Assembly (NCBI GenBank): GCA_963841215.1
Contig: CAWJBW010000003.1
Coordinates: forward strand, 680,269-744,268
Origin: an uncultured Actinomycetes bacterium
Lineage (GTDB): Bacteria; Actinomycetota; Acidimicrobiia; IMCC26256; PALSA-610
Direction of reading: 5' to 3'
Length of the DNA: 64,000 nt
Part shown: in pieces, positions 1 through 14,479 of the stretch
Numbering within the stretch: the stretch's first letter is position 1
How the letters are laid out: every line of letters begins with the position of its first letter
Made by a program: the position numbers and the translations under genes
The notes under the pieces: generated by a model
The model's database searches: none
What the model was told of the DNA's origin: nothing
Seen by the model: only the letters and a program-made list of their open reading frames with translations

Positions 1-367
1 GATCTCGTCCCACGCCTCTTCGACCTGGTCGATGTTCGCCATGTCGGCCATCGAGCAGCCCGCGTTGAGGTCGGGGAGGATCACCCGCTGGTGGTCGCCG
101 GTGAGCACGTCGGCGGACTCGGCCATGAAGTGCACGCCACAGAACACGATGTCGGTCGCCTGGTCGTTGTCGGCCGCGAACTTCGCGAGCTTGAACGAAT
201 CGCCGACCAGGTCGGCCCAACGGATCACTTCGTCGCGCTCGATAGTGGTGGCCGAGGATCAGGAGCCGTTCACCGAGCGCGGCTTTGGCGGCCTCGATCC
301 GGGTCGCGAGCTCGTCGTCGGACGCGAGGGTGTAGTCGTCCGGCAGCGGAACCTGGAGACGCAACAT
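1..367 (-). CDS. nadA: quinolinate synthase NadA, N-terminal part (gene continues past window start); frame broken once near 240
   Basis: Reverse-strand translation from ATG 367-365 (GGAGG upstream): [42 protein letters not shown]. After a 1-nt indel it continues [80 protein letters not shown], the conserved NadA N-terminal half. Confidence 0.8.
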   Translation of the reverse strand, partial: MLRLQVPLPDDYTLASDDELATRIEAAKAALGERLLILGHHYRARRSDPLGRPGRRFVQAREVRGRQRPGDRHRVLWRALHGRVRRRAHRRPPAGDPPRPQRGLLDGRHGEHRPGRRGVGRD

Positions 368-505
368 CTGGGTCCTCCCCGTTACGGGGTAGCTCTTCGA
401 CGGCCGGCGGGTGGCAGCCCGGTCGCCAGCACCGCGGGGGTGTCGGCCTCGGAGCGTGGAATATGTCGGCCGGATACCGGGCCGGCCGTGCACAGACCAT
501 AACAC

Positions 506-1300
506 TCAGGTCGAGTGGAAGCATTCCCCGGCGACCGAGTCCGTGGTCACGAATCTCGGGTCCGTCGCACCCGGCGAGGCGGAGGACGATTCAGCGGAGG
601 GGGTGCCGCCTCCGTGCGGGTGCGCCCGAGGTTGCCGACCAGCAGCGCCACCGCGCTCGACCAGGTACAGCTGGCCGTAGATCGCCTCGGTGACCGCGAG
701 CATGCGGCCCAGATCACCGACGGGCGTGAGGTCGCCGTACCCGAGCGTCGCGAGCGTCACGAAGCTGAAGTAGATGAAGTCGACCCCGTTCGGGTCGTCC
801 GTCTGCGCGAAGAACGGCGGGTCGAACGCGCCGACCGTCCAGTACACGTAGGCGAAGAAGATGCCGGCGAGCAGGTAGACGCACAACGCACCGGCGACGG
901 TCGTGAGGTCGATGCGGTGGTGGGTGAGCAGGCGGTGGATGATCGCCGGCGGGCCGGCCAGCGCGAGGAGGGCGCCCACCAGGACCGGTCCGCGCTGGCC
1001 GACCGAATCGCCGAGCACGATCGAGATGACGACGGCGGCGACGGAGACGCCGACGAACACGGTCGCGACCAGCAAGAGGCGGCGGTGCACGCGTGACGAG
1101 CGGAGGATGACGAGGAGCGTCATCCCCTCGAGCGCGACGCTCACGAGCCGCCCGACGTCGCCGTCGCCACTGAAGGCGAACGCGATGATCACCAGGATCA
1201 GCAGCAAGAGGGCCAGGAGGTAACGGTCGTACAGCCCGTCGCCCTCGGGTTCGACGAGCCCGCGCTCCTCCAGGCGCTGTTCGATCGGCTGGCCGTCCAT
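506..1300 (-). CDS. potassium channel family protein (TxGYGD pore)
   Basis: ORF 506..1369(-), likely start MDGQPIEQ at 1300. Several hydrophobic helices and the pore signature FVTLATLGYGD. The tail after IYGQLYLV looks frame-shifted near 655; the alternative frame gives SAVALLVGNLGR... and stops at 547-549. Confidence 0.8.
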   Translation of the reverse strand: MDGQPIEQRLEERGLVEPEGDGLYDRYLLALLLLILVIIAFAFSGDGDVGRLVSVALEGMTLLVILRSSRVHRRLLLVATVFVGVSVAAVVISIVLGDSVGQRGPVLVGALLALAGPPAIIHRLLTHHRIDLTTVAGALCVYLLAGIFFAYVYWTVGAFDPPFFAQTDDPNGVDFIYFSFVTLATLGYGDLTPVGDLGRMLAVTEAIYGQLYLVERGGAAGRQPRAHPHGGGTPSAESSSASPGATDPRFVTTDSVAGECFHST

Positions 1301-1340
1301 CGGGACCCGATCCTCCCTCACCACTCGCGAGAATGGGGGC

Positions 1341-3237
1341 ATGGTCACCCGCCCCGAGGCCGGCAGCATCCCCGATGCACCGGGCTCGTACCAGTTCGTC
1401 GACGCCCAGGGCCGGGTGATCTACGTCGGCAAGGCCAAGAGCCTCCGCAGCCGGCTCTCCAACTACTTCCTCCAGCCGTACCTGCTGCCGGAGCGGACCC
1501 GGCAGATGGTGCAGGCCGCGGACCGCGTCGAGTGGATCGTGTCCGCGAACGAAGTCGAGGCGTTCTTCCTCGAGTTCAACCTCATCAAGCAGCACCGGCC
1601 GCGTTTCAACATCCGGCTGAAGGACGACAAGTCGTATCCGTATCTGGCCGTCACCCTCGACGAGGAGTGGCCGCGCGCGATGGTGCTGCGCGGCCAGAAG
1701 CGCAAGGGGGTCCGCTACTTCGGCCCGTACGCGCACGCGTACGCGATCCGCGAGACGCTCGACCTCTTGCTGCGCACGTTCCCGATCCGGACATGCACCA
1801 AGGCCAAGTTCGACCGTCACCACCGGCTCGGACGTCCGTGCCTCTACGCACACATCGAGAAGTGCGCGGCGCCGTGTGTCGACGCGATCGACCACGAGGA
1901 GTACGACGGGTTGGTCAAGGAGCTCCTCGACTTCCTCGACGGCGAGCACGATGCCGTGCTGAGACGGCTCGACACGCGGATGAACGACGCCGCGCAACAA
2001 CTCGAGTTCGAGCTCGCGGCGCGCATCCGCGACCAGCTCGGCAGCGTGCGCAAAGCCATCGAACGCCAGCAGATGGTGGCGAGTCGCGAAGAGGACTTCG
2101 ACCTCCTCGGCATCGAGGAGGACGATCTCGAAGCGAGCATCCAGGTGTTCTACGTCCGCAAGGGCCGGGTCGTGGGGCGCAAGGGTCTGATCGTCGACAA
2201 GGTCGAGGACGTCGAACCGCCGGCGCTCGTCGCCCGCATCGTCGAGCAGCTCTACGCCGACGCGCCGTTGGTGCCGAAGGAGATCCTCGTCCCGGTCGAA
2301 CCCGAGGACCACGACGCTCTACGAGGAGTTCCTCTCGCTGAACCGAGGTTCGAAGGTACGAATCCGTGTGCCGCAACGCGGCGGCAAGCGCGAGCTGATG
2401 CGGACCGCGAACGCTCAACGCGAAGGAGGCGTTCGCCCGCCACAAGCTGCGCCGTGCTTCCGACCACAACGCGCGTGCCCGAGCGTTGCTCGCGTTGCAA
2501 GACGCGCTCGGGCTACCCGAGGCGCCCTTGCGCGTCGAGTGCTTCGACATCTCGAACCTGCAGGGCACCGAGATCGTCGGATCGATGGTGGTGATGGAAG
2601 ACGGCATCCCGAAGCGCAACGACTACCGGCGCTTCAAGGTGAAGTCGCTCGAAGGCCAGGACGACTTCGGCGCGATGGAGGAGGTGCTGACCCGCCGCTT
2701 CCGCAACTACCTCCGCGAGCGTGACGAAGGTGCGCACGCGGGAAAGCGGTTCGCGTACCCGCCGAACCTGCTGCTGATCGACGGAGGAAAGGGACAGCTC
2801 AACGTCGCGGTGCGCGTGCTCGAGGAGCTGGGCCTGGAAGACATCTGCGTCGCCAGCCTCGCCAAACGGTTCGAAGAGGTCTACATGCCCGGCCGCGACG
2901 AGCCGGTCCGGATCCCGCGCGACTCCGAGGCGCTGTATCTGTTGCAGCAGGTGCGCGACGAGGCGCACCGTTTCGCGATCACCTACCACCGTCAGCTGCG
3001 CGACAAGAAGATGACGAAGTCCATCCTCGACGACGTTCCCGGTCTCGGCCCGACCCGCAAGAACCGGCTCCTCAAGGAGTTCGGTTCGGTGAAGCGGTTG
3101 CGGGCGCTCGAGGAAGCCGAGCTCCTCGCGCTCCCATGGTTGCCGGATGCTGTCGCCGGGGCGGTATTCGCCCAGCTGCATCCCCTCGACGCGCGACGAT
3201 CACGCAGGCGTTGTGCGGCAGTGAGGCCGATCGATGA

Positions 3238-3241
<4 letters not shown>
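1341..3241 (+). CDS. uvrC: excinuclease ABC subunit UvrC (frame broken near 2315 and 2415)
   Basis: GIY-YIG N-terminus (SYQFVDAQGRVIYVGKAKSLRSRLSNYF); central and C-terminal UvrC sequence (ECFDISNLQGTEIVGSMVV, HRFAITYHR, LDDVPGLGPTRKNRLLKEFGS). Split across ORFs 1341.., 2368.. and 2486..3241. Confidence 0.9.
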
Positions 3242-6477
<3,236 letters not shown>

Positions 6478-6484
6478 TCATCGC

Positions 6485-7401
6485 ATGAGCAATCGCAAGC
6501 CGTTGATGGCCGGCAACTGGAAGATGCACCACACGCATCTCGAGGCGATCCAGGTCGTGCAGAAGCTGTCGTACCGGCTCGACGACAAGGACTACGACGG
6601 CCGTCGACGTCGCGGTGTTCCCCGCGTTCACCGCGTTGCGGTCGGTGCAGACGACGATCGACAGCGACGACATCCCGATCGCGCTCGGCGCGCAGAACTG
6701 CCACTGGGAGCCGCAAGGCGCGTTCACCGGCGAGGTCAGCGCGCCGATGCTCGCCAAGCTGAACTGCCAGTTCGTGATCGTCGGCCACTCCGAACGCCGC
6801 GAGCTCTTCGGCGAGACCGACGAGATGGTCGCCAAGAAGATGCGGGCCGTGCTCGGCGCGGGCATGACGCCGGTCCTGTGCGTGGGGGAGACCCTCGACG
6901 AGCGCGAGTCCGGCGTCACCGACGACAAGGTCGCGCGGCCAGGTGCGCGCCGCGCTCACCGGTCTGGCACGAGGCGGACCTCGATCGCTGCGTCGTCGCC
7001 TACGAGCCGATCTGGGCGATCGGGACCGGCCGCAACGCCACGCCCCGACGACGCGAATGCCACGATCGCGCACGATTCGGACAGGCGCTCGAAGGCGTTG
7101 CCGACGGGAATCGGACGCGACGATGCGGGTGCTCTACGGCGGCAGCGTGAAGCCGGGCAACATCGCCGATCTGATGGCGATGCCCGAGATCGACGGCGGC
7201 CTGGTGGGCGGCGCATCGCTCGATCCCGACGACTTCGCACGGCTGGTCCGCTACGCGCAGGCGTCATCCGACCGTCGGAACCGGACGCGATGTTTATGGT
7301 CGGCGACCGCGACCATAAAATTCGCGTGGGCGCAGGTATGCTGTCGCCGCTCCGCAGCGCGGGATCCAGCCGACGTAGAGAGGGAACGACAGTGCTCGTG
7401 A
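6485..7401 (+). CDS. tpiA: triosephosphate isomerase (about six frame switches; conserved sequence ends near 7265, literal stop at 7401)
   Basis: [61 protein letters not shown] and GGLVGGASL are spread over all three frames (switches near 6600, 6935, 6965, 7045, 7070, 7110). Confidence 0.85.
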
Positions 7402-7625
7402 ACGCGGTGCTCATCGGATTCCACGTCATCGCGTCGCTGATCCTCATCCTGTTCGTCCTGCTGCACGCAGGGCGGGGCGGCGGACTCTCGGACATGTTCG
7501 GGGGAGTCAGCGGCGCTTCACTCGCCGGCTCGACCGTGGTGGAACGCAACCTCGACCGGATGACGGTCGTGGTGTCACTGGTGTTCATGTTCACCACGAT
7601 TCTGCTGTCGATGCGATTGACGTGA
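7392..7625 (+). CDS. secG: preprotein translocase subunit SecG
   Basis: 77-aa ORF from GTG 7392 with two TM helices and the [10 protein letters not shown] motif. Canonical position after tpiA. Confidence 0.85.
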   Translation: MLVNAVLIGFHVIASLILILFVLLHAGRGGGLSDMFGGVSGASLAGSTVVERNLDRMTVVVSLVFMFTTILLSMRLT

Positions 7626-7717
7626 CCGGACAACCGGCGCATTTGCGTCGTATAAATCAGTTCCGGCCGCAACTTCACGAGCGGCCGATCCATGGGGAGA
7701 CGGGGAGGTCTCAGCCG

Positions 7718-9448
7718 ATGCGTCAGCGAGCGTGCGTGGTATTTGCGCCTGTTCGCCCTGCTGCACGGTGATCGTCATCGTCTTTGCCGCGTGTGGCGGC
7801 GATGACGACGACGACGGTGCAGGCAGCGGCGGCGGCACCGAAGGCACGGAGGCGACGCGGCGAGGTCCCCGAGGGCGGCGAGCTGGTCATCGGCGCCGAG
7901 CAGGAGCCCGACTGCGTCGCGTGGATCAAGTCGTGCGGCGGCTCGAGCTGGGGCTACTGGATGATGGGCGTCACGACGATGCCGCGCTCGTACGACACCG
8001 TCCCCGACGGTGACGGCTGGACGATCGAGTACAACCAGGACCTGCTCACCGGCCGAGCCCGAGCTCGACGACAGCGACCCGGCCAAGCCGGTGGTGACGT
8101 ACACGATCAACCCCGACGCGGTGTGGTCCGACAGCACGCCGATCACGTGCGACGACTTCGCGTTCACGTGGGACGCGATCGCCAACGGCGAAGACATCTA
8201 CGACCCGACCGGCTACACCCAGATCGAGTCGGTCGACTGTCCCGGACCCGAAGACCGCGGTCGTGAACTACGCCGAGCCGTTCAACGGCTGGAAGCAGAA
8301 CTTCGGCGGTCAGTACGGCATCCTCCCGAAGCACCTCCTCGAGGGCAAGGACATCGACCGCCGAGATGGGCGCCGGCTACACGTGGTCCGGTGGCCCGTG
8401 GATCATCGATCACTGGACGAAGGGCGTCGAGGTCGTGCTCGTGCCCAACGAGAACTTCTGGGGCGCGAAGCCGAAGCTCGAACGGGTGACCTTCAAGATC
8501 CAGGCCGACACCGCGGCCGAGTTCGAGTCGTTCCAGAACCGCGAAGTCGCGATGATCTATCCGCAGCCGCAGCCGGACGTGGTCGAACAGATCCAGGCCG
8601 GTCTCGAGGACGCCGAGTCCGTCGTACTCGCGCGAACACCGGCAACCTCGAAGCGCATCTGGATGAACAACGCGTCGCCGCCGCTCGACGACGTCGCGGT
8701 CCGTCAGGCCATCGCCTACTCGATCGACCGCGCCGCGATCGTCGAGCAGCTCTTCGGCGCCGCTCGGCGTCGAGCAGCCGATGCAGACGACGAACCCGCC
8801 GGTCCTCGCCGAGTTCGCGGACACCGAGGCGTTCTCGGACTACGAGCTCGACCTCGACAAGGTCGACGAGCTGATGACCGAGTGCCGGCTGGGAGAAGAA
8901 CGCCGACGGCATCTGGGCGAAGGACGGTCAGACGGCCGACCTGGTCATGCAAGACCACGACCGGGAACGCGCGGCGTGAGCTGACCGAGCAGATCCTGCA
9001 GGACCAGCTCAGGGACGCCGGCTTCGACCTGACCACCGACAACCAGGCCGCCGGTGACCTGTTCGGCCAGCAGCTGCCGGCCGGTGAGTTCCAGCTCGCG
9101 CTGTACGCGCAGGTGGCCGACGTTCATCACGCCGGGCCAGTGCTACCTGTGCTGCTCGAAGAACATCCCGACGCCGGAGAACGAGAACTCGGGTCAGAAC
9201 TGGACCCGGACCAACGTGCCCGAGGTCGACCCGCTCCTCGAGGAGACTCGAGACGACGCTCGACGAGGCGAGCATGGCGGAGCTGGGCAAGGAGGCCGAC
9301 CCGATCCTGGCCGAGAACATGGTCTCGCTGCCCGCTCGACCCGCTGCCGAACATCCTCATCTGGAACAACACGGTGCTCGGTGACGTCAGCGACAACCCG
9401 GTCCTCGGTCCGTTCCACAACCTCAACGAGCTGGGCGTACAGCAGTAG
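7718..9448 (+). CDS. ABC transporter substrate-binding lipoprotein, family 5 (peptide/nickel type); heavily frame-disrupted
   Basis: ATG 7718 with GGGGAGG upstream; lipobox IVIVFAACGGDDDD; family-5 SBP sequence (ELVIGAEQEPDC, VTYTINPDAVWSDSTPITCDDFAFTW, VLVPNENFWGAKPKLERVTFKIQ, IAYSIDRAAIVEQLFG, ILIWNNTVLGDVSDNP) scattered over all three frames. Confidence 0.8.
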
Positions 9449-9537
9449 GCCCGGAGCAGCAACGTCTATGGCTCGCGTGAAGGGGCCCGGCCCGGGATGT
9501 GGCCGGGCCCCACGCGCGGCTGGGCGATACTGACGTC

Positions 9538-10512
9538 GTGTTCATCTACGTGCTTGCGCCGCGCGATCTACTCGATCCCGGTGCTGCTCCTCGCGACGTT
9601 CTTCGTGTTCTGCGATGGTGAGCGCGACGTTCGATCCGACCGCGAAGCGTCGCGCAGATCGCGAGACGCGGCCGCAGTGCGCGCCGAGCTGCGCGAGGAG
9701 TTCGGCCTCGACCGTCCGCTCGTCGCGCAGTACGGCGACTGGCTGTCGGGCGTCGTCCACGGCGACTTCGGCGACAGCTGGCAGAGCCGGCAGGCGCGTC
9801 AGCGACGACGTCAAGCCCGCGTTCTGGAACACGATGCAGCTCATCATCTGGGGCATCGTGATCTCGACGATCGTCGCGTTGTTCGTCGGCGTCTACAGCG
9901 CGGTGCGGCAATACTCCGTATCCGACTACGTGCTCACCGGCCTCGCATTCGTGGGTATCGCCATGCCCGCGTTCTGGTTCGGCCTGATCGCGTACGACTT
10001 CTCGACGAAGCTCGCCGACTGGTTCAACGACGGCGACCCGATCTTCTACGGGCTCGGGCTGCACTCGGCCGGCGAGTCCGGCATCAACGGGGACTACTTC
10101 TTCCACCTCGTGCTGCCGGTCGCGACGCTGACGATCCAGATCATCGCGTCGTGGAGCCGGTACCAGCGCGCGTCGATGCTCGACGTCCTCTCGTCCGACT
10201 ACATCCGCACCGCGCGCGCCAAGGGCGTGCCTCGCAAGCGGGTGATCTTCAAGCACGGCTTGCGCAATGCGCTGATCCCGTTCGTCACGGTCATGGCGCT
10301 CGACGTCGGCGCGCTGTTCGGGGGCCTGGTCGTCACGGAGCAGATCTTCTCGATTCCCGGGCATGGGTCGCTTGTTCGTTGATGCGCTCGTGAGCGGCGA
10401 CGCGCCCGTCGTGCTCGCGTGGTTGCTCGTCGCCTCGGTGTTCGTGATCGTGTTCAACCTGCTCGCCGACCTGGCGTACAGCGCGCTCGATCCTCGGATC
10501 CGGTTGTCGTGA
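9538..10512 (+). CDS. ABC peptide transporter permease (DppB/OppB type); frame-disrupted
   Basis: IYSIPVLLLATFFVF N-terminus, SDYIRTARAKGVPRKRVIFKHGLRNALIPFVT conserved loop, C-terminal NLLADLAYSALDPRIR. At least five frame switches. Confidence 0.8.
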
Positions 10513-11547
10513 AGTCGCGGGAGGACCCGTCGATCTTCGCGGGTGTCGGCCACGTTCCCGAGACCCCGGTGGTGTCCGGCGACGAGTACCTGCCGGACGT
10601 CGAGCTCGAGCTCGTCGCGGATGCCGAGCCCGAGGCGCGCTCGCAGTGGCAGTTGTTCCGGCGCCGGTTCGTGCGGCACCGGATGGCGGTCGTCGCGGCT
10701 CGTCGTGCTCGTGTTGCTGTCGTCGCCTGCTTCGGTGCGAGCTGGATCGCGCCGTACCCGCGCAACGAGCAGGACCTCGCCGAGCGCGACGCAGAGCCCG
10801 TCGCTCGATCATCTGATGGGCACCGATCGCCTCGGGCGCGATCTCCTCACCGAGATCCTCTACGCCGGCCAGGTCTCGCTGTCGATCGGTCTCGCCGTCG
10901 CGTTCTTCTCGACGATCTTCGGCGCGCTCGTCGGCGCGTTCGCGGCGTTCTTCGGGCGCGCCACCGACCAGGTGCTCTCGCGCATCACCGACCTGTTCCT
11001 CGTCGTGCCGGCGTTGCTCGTCGCCGCCACCGCGCTCAGCTACGTGCGCCGGAACTCGCAAGTTCCTGTGGTGGGACGTCGGCGACAAGTTCCTCGGCGT
11101 CACGATCGACATCAAGGTCGCGATGATCGTCGTGCTCGCGTTCCTCAGCTGGACCTACATCGCGCGGATCGTGCGCGGTCAGGTGCTCTCGTTGAAGGAG
11201 AAGGAGTTCATCGAAGCCGCCCGCGCCAGCGGCGGGTCGAGCTGGCGGATCATCTTCCGCCACATCATGCCGAACTCGATCGGCGTCATCACCGTGAACG
11301 CGACGCTCGACGATCGCGGTCGCGATCGTGACCGAGGCGACGCTGTCGTTCCTCGGGTTCGGCTTGTCGCCGCCCGACTTCTCGTGGGGCTATCTCATCT
11401 ACGACGCGCGCGGCACCGTCGGGACCGACAACGCCTACTTGCTCTACTTCCCGGGGCTGATGATCCTGATCACCGTTCTCTGCGTGAACTTCCTCGGTGA
11501 CGGCCTGCGCGACGCGTTCGACCCGCACGGCCGCCAGGAGCTCGTGA
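10509..11547 (+). CDS. ABC peptide transporter permease (DppC/OppC type); frame-disrupted, 3' end approximate
   Basis: GTG 10509 overlaps the upstream stop (GTGA). LMGTDRLGRDLLTEILYAGQVSLSIG, EFIEAARASGGSSWRIIFRHIMPNSIGVI, LCVNFLGDGLRDAFDP. Confidence 0.75.
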
Positions 11548-12708
11548 GCGCGACACGAGCGACAACCCGCCGATCCAGGCGCTGCCGCCCGACGAGGCGA
11601 ACGAGCTCGACGACCGCGACTGCCGGTCGCGCCGTTCACGGTCGACGAAGGCAAGCCGGAGCTCCCGATCGGCGACGTCGTCCTCTCGGTGCGCGACCTG
11701 CGGGTCGAGTTCCCGACCGACGACGGCGTCGTCAAGGCGGTCGACGGCGTCAGCTTCGACGTCCGCGAGGCCGAGACGCTCGGCATCGTCGGCGAGTCGG
11801 GCTCGGGCAAGAGCGTCACGTCGCTGTCGATCCTCGGGCTGTTGCCCGAAGTCGGCGCGCATCACGCGGATCGAGTCGAGTTCCGCGGCGAGGAGCTGCT
11901 CGACGAAGTCCGACAAGGAGATGCGCGAGGTTCGCGGCGCCAAGATCGCGATGGTGTTCCAGGACGCGCTCGCGGCGCTGAACCCGGTCTTCACCGTGGG
12001 CGACCAGATCGGCGAAGCGATCACGGTGCACAACGAGCTGTCCCGAGCAAGGAAGCTGCACGAACGCGTCGGTCGAGCTGCTCGACATCGTCGGCATCCC
12101 GGCGCCGGGACGCCGCGTCGACCAGTATCCGCACGAGTTCTCGGGCGGTATGCGCCAGCGGGCGATGATCGCGATGGCGATCGCGAACGAGCCCGACCTC
12201 CTCATCGCCGACGAGCCGACGACCGCGCTCGACGTCACGATCCAGGCGCAGGTGCTCGAGGTCATCGAGCGCATCCAGGACCGAACCCGTTCGGCGGTGC
12301 TGCTGATCACCCACGACCTCGGCGTCGTCGCGGGCCTCGCCGATCGCGTGATGGTGATGTACGCCGGGCCGGCCGGTCGAGCTGGCGTCGGTCGACGACG
12401 ATCTTCTACGCGCCGAGCCACCCGTACACGCGCGGCCTGCTCGCGTCGCTGCCGCGTCTCGACCGCCGTTCACGCGAAGGGCGGCTGTACCGCATCAAGG
12501 GTCAGCCGCCGTCGTTGATCCGCGTGCCGTCCGGGTGCGCGTTCCACCCGCGTTGTCCGGTCGCGTCCGAACCGCGGCGGCGTCTGCTTCACGGAGCGGC
12601 CGGAGCTCGCTCCCGGTCGCGGGACTCGACGACCACGAGTCCGCGTGCCACTTCGCGGACGTCGCTCGACGAGCGCTTCGCGGCGATGCGAGCGAAGCGG
12701 CGTCATGA
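11544..12708 (+). CDS. ABC peptide transporter ATP-binding protein (OppD/DppD type); frame-disrupted
   Basis: Walker A GESGSGKS, signature [12 protein letters not shown], Walker [13 protein letters not shown], oligopeptide C-terminal region [19 protein letters not shown]. Stop overlaps the next start (ATGA at 12705-12708). Confidence 0.8.
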
Positions 12709-13750
12709 CCGCGGTCGGCGAGCCGCTCCTGCAAGTCGACGGATCTCGTGAAGGAGTTCCCGATCAAGGCCGGGTTCTTCGGCCGCCAGGTCGGCTCGGT
12801 CAAGGCGGTGTCGGGCGTCTCGTTCGCGGTGCCGAAGGGTCAGACGCTCGGGCTCGTCGGCGAGTCCGGTTGCGGCAAGTCGACGACCGGCCGGCTCGTG
12901 CTGCGGCTGATCGAGGCGACATCGGGCAGCGTCTCCTTCGACGGCCAAGACGTGCTGAACGTTGAGCGGGTCCGATCTGCGCGAGCTGCGGCGCAAGATG
13001 CAGATCGTGTTCCAGGACCCGTACGCCTCGCTCGACCCGCGCATGACGCGTGTCGGCGATCATCGGCGAGCCGATGCGCATCCACAGGACGCAACAAGCG
13101 GAAGGTCGAAGCGCGCGTGAAGGAGCTGATGGAGCTGGTCGGGCTGAACGCCGACCACACGAACCGATATCCGCACGAGTTCTCGGGCGGTCAGCGTCAG
13201 CGCATCGGCGTCGCGCGCGCGCTCGCGCTCGATCCCGAGCTGCTGATCCTCGACGAGCCGGTGTCGGCGCTCGACGTGTCGATCCAAGCCGGCGTCGTCA
13301 ACCTCCTCGACGACCTGCAGCAGGAGCTCGGACTCTCGTACGTCTTCATCGCGCACGACCTCTCGGTTGTCCGTCACATCTCGGACTTCGTCGCGGTGAT
13401 GTACCTCGGCAAGATCGTCGAGATCGGACCGGCCGACGCGGTGTTCGAGCGGCCCGCGCACCCGTACACGCACGCGCTCATGTCGGCGGTTCCGATGCCC
13501 GATCCGCGTCGGGAGCGACAGCGACGCCGCATCCTGCTCCAGGGCGACGTACCGAGCCCCGCGATGCCGCCGGCCGGGTGCCGCTTCCACACGCGTTGCC
13601 CGCTCGCCGAAGCCGTGTGCGTCGAGCAGGAACCGCCGCTCGGCGCGGATCGGGGAAGCGCACCACGTCGCGTGCCACTTCGCACTCGCAGCCGGGCGAG
13701 ACGTTGTTGCGACGCGCCGAGGCGCTCGGTCGGACCGTGTCGTTCCGTGA
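12705..13750 (+). CDS. ABC peptide transporter ATP-binding protein (OppF/DppF type); frame-disrupted
   Basis: Walker [58 protein letters not shown]. Frame switches near 12745, 12960-13100 and 13650; corrected stop at 13748-13750. Confidence 0.8.
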
Positions 13751-14193
13751 ACGAGCGTCGAGCTGAGCCGCCTGTTCGCCTGTACTCGTCGTGGCGGGGG
13801 ATCGCGCTCGCGTTCGTCTCGCCGCTCATGCTGCTCGGCGTCGGTGTGCTCGCGCTGATCGGCGGTGGTGTGGGCGTCGTGTCGATTGTGCTGCTCGTCT
13901 TCGGCGTCGGGTTTGCTCGTCGTGTCGTTGTTCGACTTCCCGATGTCGACGACGCTCGACCGAGGACTGTCTGCGTCGGCGTACGCCGTTGCGCACGCAC
14001 GCGGATCGAGTGGGATGACGATCACCGCGATCAATCGTGCGCGCGGTGGACGAGTGTCGAAGCGCATCGGGCCCCTCGCGGCCGCGGTCGGCCGTCGTCG
14101 ATATCTCCTGGTCGATCGCACCGAAAGTGCGATGGAGTACGGACAACTGCAAGCGTTGCTCACGGAGGTGGCGGTGCCCGTTCACGGCCGTGA
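13747..14193 (+). CDS. hypothetical membrane protein, apparently translationally coupled to the ABC operon; 3' end uncertain
   Basis: GTG 13747 overlaps the ATPase stop (GTGA). Hydrophobic stretch [37 protein letters not shown]. Frame changes near 13915; literal frames stop at 14193 or run into the tRNA (14305). Confidence 0.4.
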   Translation: MNERRAEPPVRLYSSWRGIALAFVSPLMLLGVGVLALIGGGVGVVSIVLLVFGVGFARRVVVRLPDVDDARPRTVCVGVRRCARTRIEWDDDHRDQSCARWTSVEAHRAPRGRGRPSSISPGRSHRKCDGVRTTASVAHGGGGARSRP

Positions 14194-14287
14194 CGCCCGA
14201 ACGCGGAGACCGCGCCGACGTGGCTGTACCACGAGAAGCGCAGACCCGTCTGAATCCGCTGTCGCGTTGCTAACATCGCCCGTCCAC

Positions 14288-14371
14288 GTCGGAGTGGCGG
14301 AATAGGCAGACGCGCTAGGTTGAGGGCCTAGTGCCCGCAAGGGCGTGGGGGTTCAAGTCCCCCCTCCGACA
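14288..14371 (+). tRNA. tRNA-Leu, anticodon GAG (type II, long variable arm); CCA not encoded
   Basis: Hand-folded cloverleaf: acceptor GTCGGAG/CTCCGAC plus discriminator A; anticodon stem CTAGG/CCTAG with loop TTGAGGG (anticodon GAG, G37); variable arm TGCCCGCAAGGGCGT; T arm GGGGG-TTCAAGT-CCCCC. Confidence 0.9.
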
Positions 14372-14391
14372 CGCAGGAATGTTCGATCGAG

Positions 14392-14423
14392 CACCCGAGG
14401 TCACACGAACCTCGGGTGTTTTC
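14392..14423 (+). terminator. Rho-independent terminator after tRNA-Leu
   Basis: Perfect 10-bp stem CACCCGAGGT/ACCTCGGGTG with 7-nt loop, followed by TTTTCG. Confidence 0.7.
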
Positions 14424-14479
14424 GCGTCGCGCGCGCCGCTCGTTTGGTCCCGCGTGCGAGCCCGAACGCACATGTGTAT

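Noticed and set aside
714-2312. Long antisense ORFs (714..2312 -, 5192..6928 -, 37648..40248 +, 45916..47436 -, 48386..49810 -, 52002..54104 -, 57052..58146 -)
   Set aside because: All lie opposite well-supported genes and have Arg/Pro/Ala/Asp-dominated, motif-free sequences. They are typical stop-poor shadow frames of GC-rich DNA.
13865-14305. ORF whose 3' end overlaps the tRNA-Leu gene
   Set aside because: The last about 40 codons are Arg-rich junk and run 18 nt into a well-folded tRNA. The real gene most likely ends earlier (around 14193) after another frame change.
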